Shown here: positions 32,046 through 43,341 of the stretch, piece by piece
Layout of the letters: each line of letters begins with the position of its first letter
How positions within the stretch are numbered: position 1 is the stretch's first letter
From: Ignisphaera sp.
Lineage (GTDB): Archaea > Thermoproteota > Thermoprotei_A > Sulfolobales > Ignisphaeraceae
DNA: 64,000 nucleotides
Direction: 5' to 3'
NCBI GenBank assembly: GCA_038889075.1
Contig: JAWAHS010000001.1
Span: forward strand, 247,764 to 311,763
Notes under the pieces: generated by a model
Databases searched by the model: none
What the model was told of the DNA's origin: nothing
The model's input: the letters and a program-made list of their open reading frames with translations, nothing else
Position numbers and translations under genes: made by a program

Positions 32046-32118
32046 GAAACAGGTAGCTATATAAAGACTTTTAAGCGTACACTATAGAATGTCTTAGCTG
32101 TATTAGGTTGGAGAAACC

Positions 32119-32787
32119 ATGTCTAGTGCTACAAGAAAGTTTAGATTAACTGGTAGGGAGAGGTGGAGAGTAAAGAAGTGGTATAGTATACTGGCTCCAC
32201 CAAGCTTCGGCTCAGTAGTAGTTGCTACAACACCTGCTGATGAACCCTGGAAGCTTCTTGGAAGAAACACTGAGGTGACGCTATACGATCTAACAGGCGA
32301 TATAACCCAGGTTCACATCCATCTATACTTCCAGATATGGAAGGTGGAGGGCGAAAACGCCTACACGATTTTCAAGGGACACGAGCTTGCTAGAGACTAT
32401 GTAAGGAGTCTAACTAGAAGGAAAAGCAGTAGAATTACTGCAATCTTTAACGTTACTACAAAGGATGGCTATCTCCTTAGGCTAACAGTGATGGCCTGGA
32501 CCACTTATAAGTGTAATACCAGTCAGCAACATGCAATTAGAAAGATTTTAATGGATGTAACATCAAATATAGCATCTACAAAGACCTTTGACGAATTTGT
32601 TGTAGGTATAGTCTTTGGAGATTATGTACAGCAGATATTTAATGAGGCTAAGAGGATATATCCTCTAAGAAAGGTGGAGTTCGTTAAGTCAAAGCTTATT
32701 GCAGTACCTACACCCGAGGGTCCTAAAAAGGCTGTGATAATTCCTAAGCCAGGGGCTTTAGAAGCTCCGTATGCTACAAGCCTCTAA
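32119..32787 (+). CDS. rps3ae: 30S ribosomal protein S3Ae
   Basis: W..KKWY...AP..FG, DYVRSL.RR..S, IYPLRKVE. Confidence 0.95.
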   Translation: MSSATRKFRLTGRERWRVKKWYSILAPPSFGSVVVATTPADEPWKLLGRNTEVTLYDLTGDITQVHIHLYFQIWKVEGENAYTIFKGHELARDYVRSLTRRKSSRITAIFNVTTKDGYLLRLTVMAWTTYKCNTSQQHAIRKILMDVTSNIASTKTFDEFVVGIVFGDYVQQIFNEAKRIYPLRKVEFVKSKLIAVPTPEGPKKAVIIPKPGALEAPYATSL

Positions 32788-32855
32788 TCTAGATTCTACC
32801 TACCGGTTTTAAATTCTGTCGCAGAGTGTATTACAATATATTTGGTGTGTAGTCT

Positions 32856-34106
32856 GTGATAGGTATTTTGCTAGCTGCGGGTAGAGGTAGGAGACTCGCA
32901 CCTCTTACAGAAACTAGACCCAAGGTTCTGTTACCCATAGCTGGTAAGCCCATTATATACAGACCTCTATTATTTTTAAAGCGTTTGGGGATATCCAAGG
33001 TGGTTGCCGTTGTCCATTACATGAAAGATATGGTTATAGATTACATTAGGAGGATATCAGATGAGCTTTATATGGATGTCGATTTTGTTGACCAGGGTGC
33101 TGAGCTGGGTACTGGTGATGCTGTTAGAAAGGCTATTGATAGAGAGCTAGACGATGCGGTTATTATCTATGGAGATCTCTATATAGATGTAGACAGCGTT
33201 GTACAGAGGCTTTCACAGGTAGTTGGTAGTGAAGCTAATATTGTTACAGGTGTATATGTAGATGATATATCTAGATACGGCTGTATTGTTGCTAGTGATG
33301 GTAGAGTTGTTGATTTAGTTGAAAAGCCTGCTGAGGGTGGTAGGGGAATCGCTAATGCAGGTATATACATACTGAAATCGCACATTCTCGAGCTTGTAGG
33401 TGAGATCGATATTTCTCCTAGAGGCGAATATGAATTTACAGATATTATTAGGTTGGGTAGGGCTAGGGGATACGAATTTAGCTGTATCACCATCGATTCC
33501 GAATCCTGGCACGATGTAGGCTATCCATGGGATCTTCTAAATGTTAATAAAATTGAGCTTAGCAAGCTTAGGGAAAAGATCATAAAGGGTGAGGTAGAAT
33601 CCTGTGCCACAATCAAGGGGTCTGTACACATCGATGAAGGAGCGTCCATAAAAGGCTGCTCATATATAGAGGGGCCAGTTTATATAGGTAGAAACGTCAC
33701 CGTAGGTCCAAACTCATACATAAGACCGTACACCACGGTCATGGATGGTGCATATATAGGATTCTCTGTGGAAGTTAAAGAGAGTATAGTAATGGAGAAT
33801 ACCCATGCAGCACACCTCACATACATAGGTGATAGCATACTTGCAGAAAACATAAACCTGGGAGCGGGCACCATAATAGCAAACCTCAGACTCGATGATA
33901 AAACTGTGAAACTCCTAATAGATGGCAAGAAAATTGATAGCAAAAGAATAAAAATGGGTGCTGTCATTGGAGGATACACAAAAACAGGTGTAAACGTATC
34001 TATAATGCCGGGGGTTAAAATAGGATCCCACTCAATCATCTACCCAGGAGTAACAGTATACAAAGATGTACCACCACATACCATCGTAAAAGAAAACTGG
34101 ATGTAA
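32856..34106 (+). CDS. glmU: Bifunctional sugar-1-phosphate nucleotidyltransferase/acetyltransferase (archaeal GlmU-like)
   Basis: LAAGRGRRLAPLT..RPK, EKP, RGEYE.TD, hexapeptide repeats, HLTYIGDS. Confidence 0.85.
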   Translation: MIGILLAAGRGRRLAPLTETRPKVLLPIAGKPIIYRPLLFLKRLGISKVVAVVHYMKDMVIDYIRRISDELYMDVDFVDQGAELGTGDAVRKAIDRELDDAVIIYGDLYIDVDSVVQRLSQVVGSEANIVTGVYVDDISRYGCIVASDGRVVDLVEKPAEGGRGIANAGIYILKSHILELVGEIDISPRGEYEFTDIIRLGRARGYEFSCITIDSESWHDVGYPWDLLNVNKIELSKLREKIIKGEVESCATIKGSVHIDEGASIKGCSYIEGPVYIGRNVTVGPNSYIRPYTTVMDGAYIGFSVEVKESIVMENTHAAHLTYIGDSILAENINLGAGTIIANLRLDDKTVKLLIDGKKIDSKRIKMGAVIGGYTKTGVNVSIMPGVKIGSHSIIYPGVTVYKDVPPHTIVKENWM

Positions 34107-34175
34107 AAACAAAGATAGAGATAAACACTTTTAACCAGAGCTTCTATCTCCAGAATACAAGTAGTAGACACACGA

Positions 34176-34254
34176 GCGGCGGTCGTCTAGCCTGGTCTAG
34201 GACGCCGGCCTGCCAAGCCGGAGATCCCGGGTTCAAATCCCGGCCGCCGCACCA
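34176..34254 (+). tRNA. tRNA-Gly(GCC) with encoded CCA
   Basis: GCGGCGG acceptor stem, CCGGC-CT GCC AA-GCCGG anticodon arm, GGTTCAAATCC T arm, ends ACCA. Confidence 0.96.
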
Positions 34255-34628
34255 AACAATAGAATGCACCCAACCTCTTTCAGATGCTTACTGAAGACAT
34301 ATTGCATGCGATGGACATCAGATACGCAAAGACGGGAGCATCTATCAGAGTCAACGATCTCTACAAATCCTAGGAATAGAAAGAAGCGGGCACTAGATAT
34401 AATTACTACTATATGTGCTTCCAGCTGATTTAGGTGACAAACCTATGCAGAATTACACCATATCCTAGACCTTCGGGTTCCGTGTATAGAGGGTTCGTTA
34501 TACCACTACTGCAGAAATTTAAAATTACTAGTGCTTTCCATAGACGTCTGTAGCTAGGTCAGGCCTACCTTTAACCCTTTCAACAATATTTGTATCTACT
34601 ATGATGTCTTTAATGTTTTTAACAATAC

Positions 34629-34895
34629 TTAAGGCAGAGTCTTGCAACTGTTTACTCCAAATAGTACGAGAAGTTTTCTATCATTGTACTCGACAACTAT
34701 TTTCCTATCTTTGGGATGGGTATTTGAAACACTCAGTATTTCTGTCAACACCTTGATTACTAGATATAGTTCGTAGAGTTTCCAAGAAAGAAACCTTAAA
34801 TAGTCTTTAACTTGTTGGCGAAGTTCCATATCTCTTAACATCCTCATGTGATCAATAACCGTCACTGCTTCATCTAGTTCATTAGAAATTTTCAA
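34629..34895 (-). CDS. Small hypothetical protein or gene remnant
   Basis: 88-aa ORF; no motif recognised. Confidence 0.3.
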   Translation of the reverse strand: MKISNELDEAVTVIDHMRMLRDMELRQQVKDYLRFLSWKLYELYLVIKVLTEILSVSNTHPKDRKIVVEYNDRKLLVLFGVNSCKTLP

Positions 34896-35107
34896 CCTTT
34901 TTACATAATTGAATTGATATTGAAACTCATTTCTGTTTTCATTTCCTTGCAGAGTCTCTTTGAACGATGCTGTCTAAACTAAGCAACTCTTTCTCGATGC
35001 TATCGCTCACCAATTCGGGTGAATCTATAGATATCCTTTATATATAATATATGCAAAGTAAAGAGCTTAACTTATGTGTAGCATATAGAGATCTGTAGTG
35101 ATTTATC

Positions 35108-35260
35108 GAACCTAGAGTTGGCTCCCCTCCCGACCTTACTTCACCCATACAAGGATGTCCATTCAGTAACCGATGTTCATATGTTACCAAGATTTGCTTG
35201 AAGGAATCTCCTCAAGTAAGATTTGGTGGTAGACTTGTCTACTGTCACATAGGAGGATGA
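35108..35260 (+). pseudogene. C-terminal remnant of an oligopeptide/oligosaccharide ABC ATPase (OppD)
   Basis: Reads EPRVGSPPDLTSPIQGCPFSNRC...C...VYCH, the OppD C-terminal Cys motif, with no upstream ATPase body. Confidence 0.75.
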
Positions 35261-36070
35261 GTACTTTGAAGGAGCTTTTAAAGGTTGAGAACCTCAGCAA
35301 GGTATTCATGATAGGCCTCTTTACCAAGAGAGTAGTAGAAGCTGTAGCTGGTGTCAGCTTTTCAATAAATGGGGGAAATAGTATCACTTGTAGGTGAGAG
35401 TGGCTCCAGCAAGACTACCACAGCTAAGATGATACTAAGGCTAGAGAGGCCCACCTCGGGAAGAATTCTGTTCAATGGAAAGGATGTCTGGAATGATCTC
35501 AGAACATATGAGGATGTTCTATGGTACAGGAGGATGGTGCAGGGCATTATCCAGGATCCTTATGGTGCTTTCAATGCCTTCTATAGGGTTGATCGAGTCT
35601 TTAAACAGATGTTTAAATTTCTCCCACAGGAGCTGGAACCTGAAAAAAGATGGAAGGCTACTGCTAAGGCTTTACGGGAAGTTGGGCTTAACCCGCACCA
35701 CATACTGGGTAAGTACCCCCATGAACTTTCAGGGGGTGAGAAACAGCGTGTAATGATAGCGCGAGCCCTACTCATTAATCCTATGCTTCTGGTAGCAGAT
35801 GAACCTGTGTCCATGCTTGATGCAACACTTCGCTCGGGAATACTGAAGCTATTGATGAAGCTACGTGATGAGAGGGGTTTATCGATACTCTTCATCACCC
35901 ATGACATGGGGCTAGCACACTATGTTTCCGATAGGATACTTGTTATGTATAAGGGAAGAATAGTTGAGGAGGGGACGCCTAATGAAATCATAGAGTCTCC
36001 AAAGCATCCATATACCAAGAGACTAATCTATGACATACCACTACTCTACAGAAAATGGGGTGACATATAA
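35257..36070 (+). pseudogene. OppF-like ABC ATPase, frameshifted near 35369
   Basis: ATG 35257 frame (MSTLKELLKVENLSKVF...AVAGVSFSI) continues only after a +1 shift at AATGGGGGAAAT; Walker A altered to GESGSSKT; YPHELSGGEKQR and ADEPVSMLD intact. Confidence 0.75.
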
Positions 36071-36415
36071 TACATTATTATTATGAAGAACTGTCTAGAG
36101 AATACCGAAACATTCTGTCACACTCTTATATCAAGCTCTATATCACTATATTCACTCTATCTGACATAGTGCTCAACACCTTCCATATATTAGCTCACCA
36201 TATGTTATATTATGGTGAATAGCAAATATAGCCAGAGTGAATGCGGCATCCGATATTTTAGTGGAAGGGAGTTGAGATAGATAAGTAAAAATCTTTAAAC
36301 TAGTGTGGAGGATTTCTGGAAGAGTTAAAAGAATAGCATCCTGATAAACTTTTTAAATATAGTAAAAAGGTTTAAAATATAATAAGAATCCGCATCCAGT
36401 AAGCGGAATATGTGA

Positions 36416-37291
<876 letters not shown>

Positions 37292-37409
37292 TTTGAGATG
37301 GGAAATCCCACACCAATTCAACTACCTATTTTTAAAATGGTTATAGCATTAGCGGAATTTCCTATTTAAAAGATAGACCTTGCTTATCCACAATAGAGAT
37401 TCCTTTCAG

Positions 37410-37820
37410 CTATTCTTCAAACTTGATTATCTTTTCAAACACTCTCACAATAGTAAACACCACAGCAAAGCTTACAACCAACCGTAGCACTGGTCCAAAT
37501 TCAAAGGCAACACTTAGCCCACTCCCTCCCAGAGGTAGTTCAATGACTCCTACACCTGCAATACTCAGTAGTAGGCCTATGCCTAGAAGAGATTGGAGCG
37601 ATACAAATACTACTCCTACCGGTGCCTTGACGCTAGATGCAACAATTCCAAATACTATGAATATGCATAATATGAATATGGTTTTAAGTGGATCAATAGG
37701 TAGCATAGGTACCTTTAAAACTACTGAGAAAAACCGTGGTAGCAAAATAACATACAATGTATAGTATGCTACGCCTTCTACGAATCCCAAGGCTATATTT
37801 TTGATACGCCTAGGAATCAC
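37410..37820 (-). CDS. Hypothetical membrane protein
   Basis: Four hydrophobic segments. Confidence 0.6.
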   Translation of the reverse strand: MIPRRIKNIALGFVEGVAYYTLYVILLPRFFSVVLKVPMLPIDPLKTIFILCIFIVFGIVASSVKAPVGVVFVSLQSLLGIGLLLSIAGVGVIELPLGGSGLSVAFEFGPVLRLVVSFAVVFTIVRVFEKIIKFEE

Positions 37821-37850
37821 ACTTCAACTCGCCTATGTACTGCCTTGTGT

Positions 37851-38062
37851 AACTGTTTCTGATTTTATATCGGTTTATATCGGCTATAGAGCTTAAAACC
37901 GTTTCCACTATCTTCACTATTGAAATATAGTGATGTATTCGATGAGAGTACTAGGGCGCGCCCTTGAACGTCTTTAAGCCCGATGAGAACCCGAGAGAGA
38001 TGCGGGGAAACGATATGAAGCAATGACAAAAACCCGTATAAATCGATGCAAGAGCTGAAAAT
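37851..38062 (+). mobile_element. MITE-like non-autonomous element resembling an IS607/IS605 tnpB 3' end (copy 1)
   Basis: Shares left end (AACTGTTT...TTTTATATC), core (GATGCGGGGAAAC...ATGA.GC.ATGA) and right end (TATAAA...AGAGCT) with 46996-47270. Confidence 0.55.
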
Positions 38063-38415
38063 CTCAGTCTATATAGTCCAGCTATGCTAAACTCTATCTT
38101 TTTTAAACCTTTCTCCAGCTCCTTCCTTGAAATAGCTACTTCTTTAACATGTTCTCCTCTAATTATACTGCCAAAAAGAATCTCCCTATCTCCGATACAT
38201 ATTCTAACCTCTTTTAGAGGTACATTTGAGCAGTAGCTAATATATATTCTAACCTCTATACTTTCATAGTCAACGGGCCTCTGCTCCACAACATCTATCT
38301 TAAAACATGCTGGATTTTCAAGTACACCAGATACAAACTCTATTAATGGTAGTAGAACCACTATCAGTGAAAATACCGCTACCAACATCAAGGTATATCT
38401 TAGAATTATAAACAA
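37951..38415 (-). CDS. Hypothetical membrane-anchored protein; C-terminus read through into the element at 37851-38062
   Basis: N-terminal TM helix, GGGTGA RBS. Confidence 0.55.
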   Translation of the reverse strand: MFIILRYTLMLVAVFSLIVVLLPLIEFVSGVLENPACFKIDVVEQRPVDYESIEVRIYISYCSNVPLKEVRICIGDREILFGSIIRGEHVKEVAISRKELEKGLKKIEFSIAGLYRLRFSALASIYTGFCHCFISFPRISLGFSSGLKTFKGAP

Positions 38416-38430
38416 GGCTCACCCCTACTA

Positions 38431-38742
38431 CTATCTGTATTCAATCCCAAATGTAGGTTCCTTAGCTTCAATTTTAAATGACTCTATACCATATTTCAGC
38501 AGAACACCTCCACCCCAGACCATTACACCCAGGAATCCGAGCCTTACAGTTATCTCCACCAGCGTATACATGAGCTTGGTAATGGTCTCTTCAAGAGAGG
38601 GGCTGGTGAACTCTGGAATTCTATAGCCATAGAATGATGCGCAGGCTATTACAGCTGCTACAACTATAATCATAGCACCTACTACTATAAGGCCAGTTCC
38701 GATATATCTATAAATAGGCTTTTCTAACATAGCGCCAACCAC
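38431..38742 (-). CDS. Hypothetical membrane protein
   Basis: Two TM segments; co-oriented with its neighbours. Confidence 0.6.
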   Translation of the reverse strand: MVGAMLEKPIYRYIGTGLIVVGAMIIVVAAVIACASFYGYRIPEFTSPSLEETITKLMYTLVEITVRLGFLGVMVWGGGVLLKYGIESFKIEAKEPTFGIEYR

Positions 38743-39049
38743 CTATAATAGTACAAAACCAAGTTATATACATACTTCAAATTCGTGATATTCTGTACAT
38801 ACTGAAGGCAGCTGTATTCAGAAAAGGATGGAAATATAATCACATATTACATCACGATACCAGTATATAGGTTTTTGAATCAATTTATATGATTCTCGAC
38901 AATCGTTATAGCACATAATTTTAGACGAATCAGATTTACACCAAAGGATCTCATAGAAAGAGCTACCTTAGCATGCAAAGCAGTGCTAGATAGTATACAG
39001 CTTTTTAAGACGAGGTCCTAATAAAGTAGTTTTTCTAGGGATTTAGTAT

Positions 39050-39349
39050 ATGTCTATGTGTATAGATACACAATTGAACTATTTTGGCTCGAAGATAAGG
39101 GTCAGCGTATATACAATCTCTACAACTATCTGTGAAGAGGTGAAGAATTTGATAGAAAGTGGAAGATGGCAGTTCGATGGTTTACTAAAAGTTGCAGAAA
39201 CTCATGATGGATGCCTCATCGGCTCGGAGAAACCATTAGAGGTAAATACACATGATGGAGCTGTAAAGATTGTTGCAGAACCGGGAAGCCTCTTTATAGA
39301 TTTGTACTGGGGTTCGGTAGTAGATAGGGTACATAGTGTGTGTCGCTAA
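39050..39349 (+). CDS. Hypothetical protein
   Basis: 99-aa ATG ORF; no motif recognised. Confidence 0.45.
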   Translation: MSMCIDTQLNYFGSKIRVSVYTISTTICEEVKNLIESGRWQFDGLLKVAETHDGCLIGSEKPLEVNTHDGAVKIVAEPGSLFIDLYWGSVVDRVHSVCR

Positions 39350-39429
39350 ACCATAGTCTATCATAGGTAAAAGTAGAACGGCAACGCTTATACGTGTAAA
39401 ACACAACTATATGCAGTAAATCTACCTAA

Positions 39430-40150
39430 TGGATAGCATGAGAAGGAACTCATTAGTAGTATAGAATTGAATGAAGCTAAATCCATATGAGGCAACGATG
39501 AGACAACAATAGAATTAACCAGAATGACTGTCCATAGACAGGGGATAGGAAATGTTTTAACCGAAGGTGTAACCAGAGTATTAAAGATTATAGGCAAGGA
39601 CTCTGTATACTACATCCCCCATGTAAAAGAATTCAAAGTTTCAGCACATGGGGCCAATCACCTTAGACCCCTCACTACATTAGATAAACCGGGAGCTATA
39701 GAAATATAGCTATTGAACGGTTTGAAGCTGGAGTAATTAATGACATGTGTAGTAGGTTATCTGAAAAGCATAATGGGTTTATAGCAAAGGATCAGGAAGA
39801 TCTCTTCGCACTAGCGGATTCCATTATAATGTACAAATATGGTACAGTGTGGTCTCCTATGTACTATTTTAATTTCATGACTAGACTTCTCTATCCTCTA
39901 ACATATATTGAAGAGTTGAGAAGTATAAGATACTTGAAGCAAGCTGAATTGTCAATTTGAAGAGGTGCTTTAATCTTAGAAAGGGTATTGGAAGAGAATC
40001 TCTAGACGCTTTGCTGAGGAACCTATGCCCATAGGCCCTCCTAAAGGTCGTGTCTGTAATCTAGAGCCTATGCTTAGAGAACACTACTTGTATAGACGCT
40101 GGAATGTTTTGCTAGAAAATATAAAGAGGGTTGTAGAAAAGTACCGTTAG
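39430..40150 (+). pseudogene. Decayed aldehyde:ferredoxin oxidoreductase (AOR family), C-terminal half
   Basis: Fragments in several frames: HRQGIGNVLTEGV...HVK; KDQEDLFALADSII; RCFNLRKG; EEPMPIGPPKG...LEPMLREHY..RRW; internal stops and frameshifts. Confidence 0.75.
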
Positions 40151-40326
40151 GTATGTGATTGTATTAGTTAATGGAGAGGTTATGTATATCGATGTAGAAA
40201 TCTCTAGATGAAAATGAAGCTATCTATAGAGGTATTCTAGACCGTGGAAAATCCTCAGCAGCTAGCAATAGCATAAAAAATTCTCAATTTATTACATTTT
40301 TATCAATCCATTAACTATAGCAGATA

Positions 40327-41214
40327 CTAGCTCCCTGATTCCATCGTAGCACTCATCACTACATTTTCAAATGTACATACAAGTTTATATCCTCCTCCAG
40401 TAAGTATTTTTACTTCTAATAGCACGCTCCAGTACATTCCATCCCTAAACATATCTATAGTCCTTTCCACAACTACACCCCTAGACAGCTCGTCGATTAC
40501 ACTTAGTGTTACCACTCTTCTACTGGTATTGCTGGTGTCGAATATCCAAATCCAAACCCATGCTACAGTTGGAGATACTCTACCTACTAGCATTGAATAG
40601 GATCTAGTTGAGTTCTGGGCAACTATCCAGCCATCAGTATGCTCAGGCTTGATTCCAATAACTCTAATACAGGGTAGGGTTTCAACATCTAGAACCGAAC
40701 TATCATTAAGAGCCTCACTGTGTTCAAGAAGTAGCCTCAAATGAAATCTGCCAGTACCACCGGCATACCATCGCATAATGAATGTAGCGTTATACACCCC
40801 TTCTTCAGTAGTTAACGGTACATCGTAGCCCGGTATCACCATTAATATCCTATAGCAGGGCTCTCCTATTGCCACCAAACACGGCATTGCTATCCTATAG
40901 CTATTTGTGATGGAGTCTAGCTGTAGCTCGCCACTTAGAAGAAGTGTAAAGTTCCCTTCATAGCTAACTAGATCAGCCTTAACAATCGTATTGCCTCTGG
41001 ATATATAAACATTACCTAGATTCACTATCTTCTCTCCCCTTCTATCATCTATATCAATGTCAACGTCTATCACAGTAACATTCGACTTAACATTCACGGT
41101 ACCTCTTACATTAACTTCAAGTATATATTTTAGTTGTAGAGCTATTGTTACCAGGCTTGCTGTGGCTATAACCGCTACCATTAGGATTATACACACGAAA
41201 GCTTCCCTTCGCAT
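40327..41214 (-). CDS. Hypothetical exported/membrane-anchored protein
   Basis: N-terminal hydrophobic helix, beta-rich body with NxS/T sequons. Confidence 0.6.
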   Translation of the reverse strand: MRREAFVCIILMVAVIATASLVTIALQLKYILEVNVRGTVNVKSNVTVIDVDIDIDDRRGEKIVNLGNVYISRGNTIVKADLVSYEGNFTLLLSGELQLDSITNSYRIAMPCLVAIGEPCYRILMVIPGYDVPLTTEEGVYNATFIMRWYAGGTGRFHLRLLLEHSEALNDSSVLDVETLPCIRVIGIKPEHTDGWIVAQNSTRSYSMLVGRVSPTVAWVWIWIFDTSNTSRRVVTLSVIDELSRGVVVERTIDMFRDGMYWSVLLEVKILTGGGYKLVCTFENVVMSATMESGS

Positions 41215-41538
41215 AATATATCGCCTAGATTTATTCCGTATCTCTTTCTATCTATAACTCTAATCTCTACACACCTCTGTTCAGTAAACTGAACACTCCT
41301 TACATAGAACACAAATTCTACTAAAATTTTGAAGAACTGTAGATATCCATTAAAATGTAGTATGGATGTATATCTAAACATTTGCAAGAAAGAACATGGT
41401 AGCAAAAGTGAAAGAATTCATTAGCTGTTGGTAGGCTTTGAAAGGCTTCTTCAGGTTTCCAACGATCTCGTAGTTGTTAAAAAGAAGTTGCACAATGGAA
41501 TTGCCTTATAGAATGTAAAATGTGCATGAAGATTGGTA

Positions 41539-42627
41539 CTATAGCCGTACTATTTTCTGCAGCATCTCTATCGCACATTCTATTGTTTCAATTTTTGATG
41601 GAGGGTGAAATTCTAGGTAGAGCATGAAACCCCCTCTAGGATCTCTAAAAACGTTAACAACATTCCTCAAATAGTCCTCCACCTCTGATGGCGATCCAAA
41701 CGCTAGCAACCTTCTGTCAATATCTAGATCAATACATACTCTATTCTTTAGTTTAACTATATTCTCTATTCTATTGGGCCTATCTTGAATGTTTAGAATA
41801 TCTACCCCCGTCCCCAATATTAAATTCCATAGCTCAACTATCCTACCATCTGAGTGGAGGCGTACTAGTGAACCTCCAGCCTTCACCTCATTAAAGAGCT
41901 TTATATACGCTGGATATAGAAATTCCTTGAATTGTGCTGGACTTATTAATGGTCTATCCTCTGCTCCTAGATCATCACCAAAATAGAAAACATCTATACC
42001 ACTAAACCCCGTTCTGTAGATTCTTACCAACTCTATATAGTAGTCTGCAAGCATATCAATAAGTTTATACAATTTATCTATTCTCTTATACATATCAATG
42101 GCCAGATTCCTAAAACCACGTAGATATAGAAGCCTTAGAAAGAGGAAACCGTGGGGAAGCCAAGCTACTACAGGGAGTCCTCTCTCCCTAGCCCTTTCCA
42201 TATTGCTGAAAATCTCATCCCAAGGTACCACAGTCTTAGGTTCACCACTCTCGGTAGGCACACCTATATGGGGATCGGGTAGCTTAAAATCCTCAAGATC
42301 GCCCCAACTACCCAAAGGATGTTTAATAACTTCACCAATATAACCATCTATTCGTGTTCTCCAAACACATCCAAATGCATCAACCTTATACCTATCAATT
42401 AGAGATGTTTCATACTGATGCTCATATTCTTCAATACTACCTCCACAAAAGAATATAGGATGCTTTACTACTATGTTCTTAAGTCTCTCTCTATACAAAC
42501 TCCAAACAGGACGAAATATGGATATAAGGGTAGGTATAAATCTAGGATAACTGAACCTCGCTGCTCTTAAGTAATTATCCCTGAGATTCAGATTGGCAAT
42601 ACTGTTCATGTTATCTAATTTACCCAC
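41539..42627 (-). CDS. UroD-superfamily corrinoid methyltransferase-like protein
   Basis: D.FGCVW, LRGF.N, GDDLG...PLISP, HSDG. Confidence 0.75.
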   Translation of the reverse strand: MGKLDNMNSIANLNLRDNYLRAARFSYPRFIPTLISIFRPVWSLYRERLKNIVVKHPIFFCGGSIEEYEHQYETSLIDRYKVDAFGCVWRTRIDGYIGEVIKHPLGSWGDLEDFKLPDPHIGVPTESGEPKTVVPWDEIFSNMERARERGLPVVAWLPHGFLFLRLLYLRGFRNLAIDMYKRIDKLYKLIDMLADYYIELVRIYRTGFSGIDVFYFGDDLGAEDRPLISPAQFKEFLYPAYIKLFNEVKAGGSLVRLHSDGRIVELWNLILGTGVDILNIQDRPNRIENIVKLKNRVCIDLDIDRRLLAFGSPSEVEDYLRNVVNVFRDPRGGFMLYLEFHPPSKIETIECAIEMLQKIVRL

Positions 42628-42651
42628 TAGTGTGATGTACCCTATATCTAA

Positions 42652-43332
42652 CTAATCCTTAACCTCCTTCTCCTCTACTAGTTTTCTGCATATTTCTACT
42701 GCTTTGTATGCGTTTTCTCCATATGCATCTGCACCTATCTCTCTAGCAAATTTCTCTGTTATTGGTGCACCACCAACAATTATCTTAACCTTTTCTCTTA
42801 GACCTTCCCTCTTAAGGGCATCTATAACACTCTTCATATGCATCATTGTTGATGTTAGTAGTGCTGACATTCCAACTATGTCAGGGCTGTACTGCTTTAT
42901 AGCCTCTACAAATTTCTGTGGAGGTACATCAACACCCAGATCTATAACCTCGAAACCATTTGCCTCTAGAAAGGTTGCAACAAGATCTTTACCAATACTA
43001 TGAATATCACCGTACACCGTTCCTATGACAATCCTACCTAAAGGTCTAGCATACCTCTGCTCTAGAATTCTAGGCTTTAAAATAGCCATAGCCTCCTTGA
43101 AAATTTCGGCAGCAACAATTAGATCAGCAACAAAATACTCACCCTTCTCATACCTTTCACCGACAATCCTCATACCATCTGCAAGAGCATCAACAATAGA
43201 TTTAACATCAATATTGTTATTCAAAGCTTCACCAACATAACCTAAGGTTGAATCTAGATCAAGATTAGCAAGCGAATCCCTAATTCTATCCAACAGATTA
43301 ATCATATAAATCACTACCGAATCTCTCACCAA
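42652..43332 (-). CDS. Methyltransferase cognate corrinoid protein
   Basis: YFVADLI.AA cap, GDIHSIGK, SALLTST, VGGAP, IGADAY. Confidence 0.92.
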   Translation of the reverse strand: MVRDSVVIYMINLLDRIRDSLANLDLDSTLGYVGEALNNNIDVKSIVDALADGMRIVGERYEKGEYFVADLIVAAEIFKEAMAILKPRILEQRYARPLGRIVIGTVYGDIHSIGKDLVATFLEANGFEVIDLGVDVPPQKFVEAIKQYSPDIVGMSALLTSTMMHMKSVIDALKREGLREKVKIIVGGAPITEKFAREIGADAYGENAYKAVEICRKLVEEKEVKD

Positions 43333-43341
43333 TTTAAGAAT

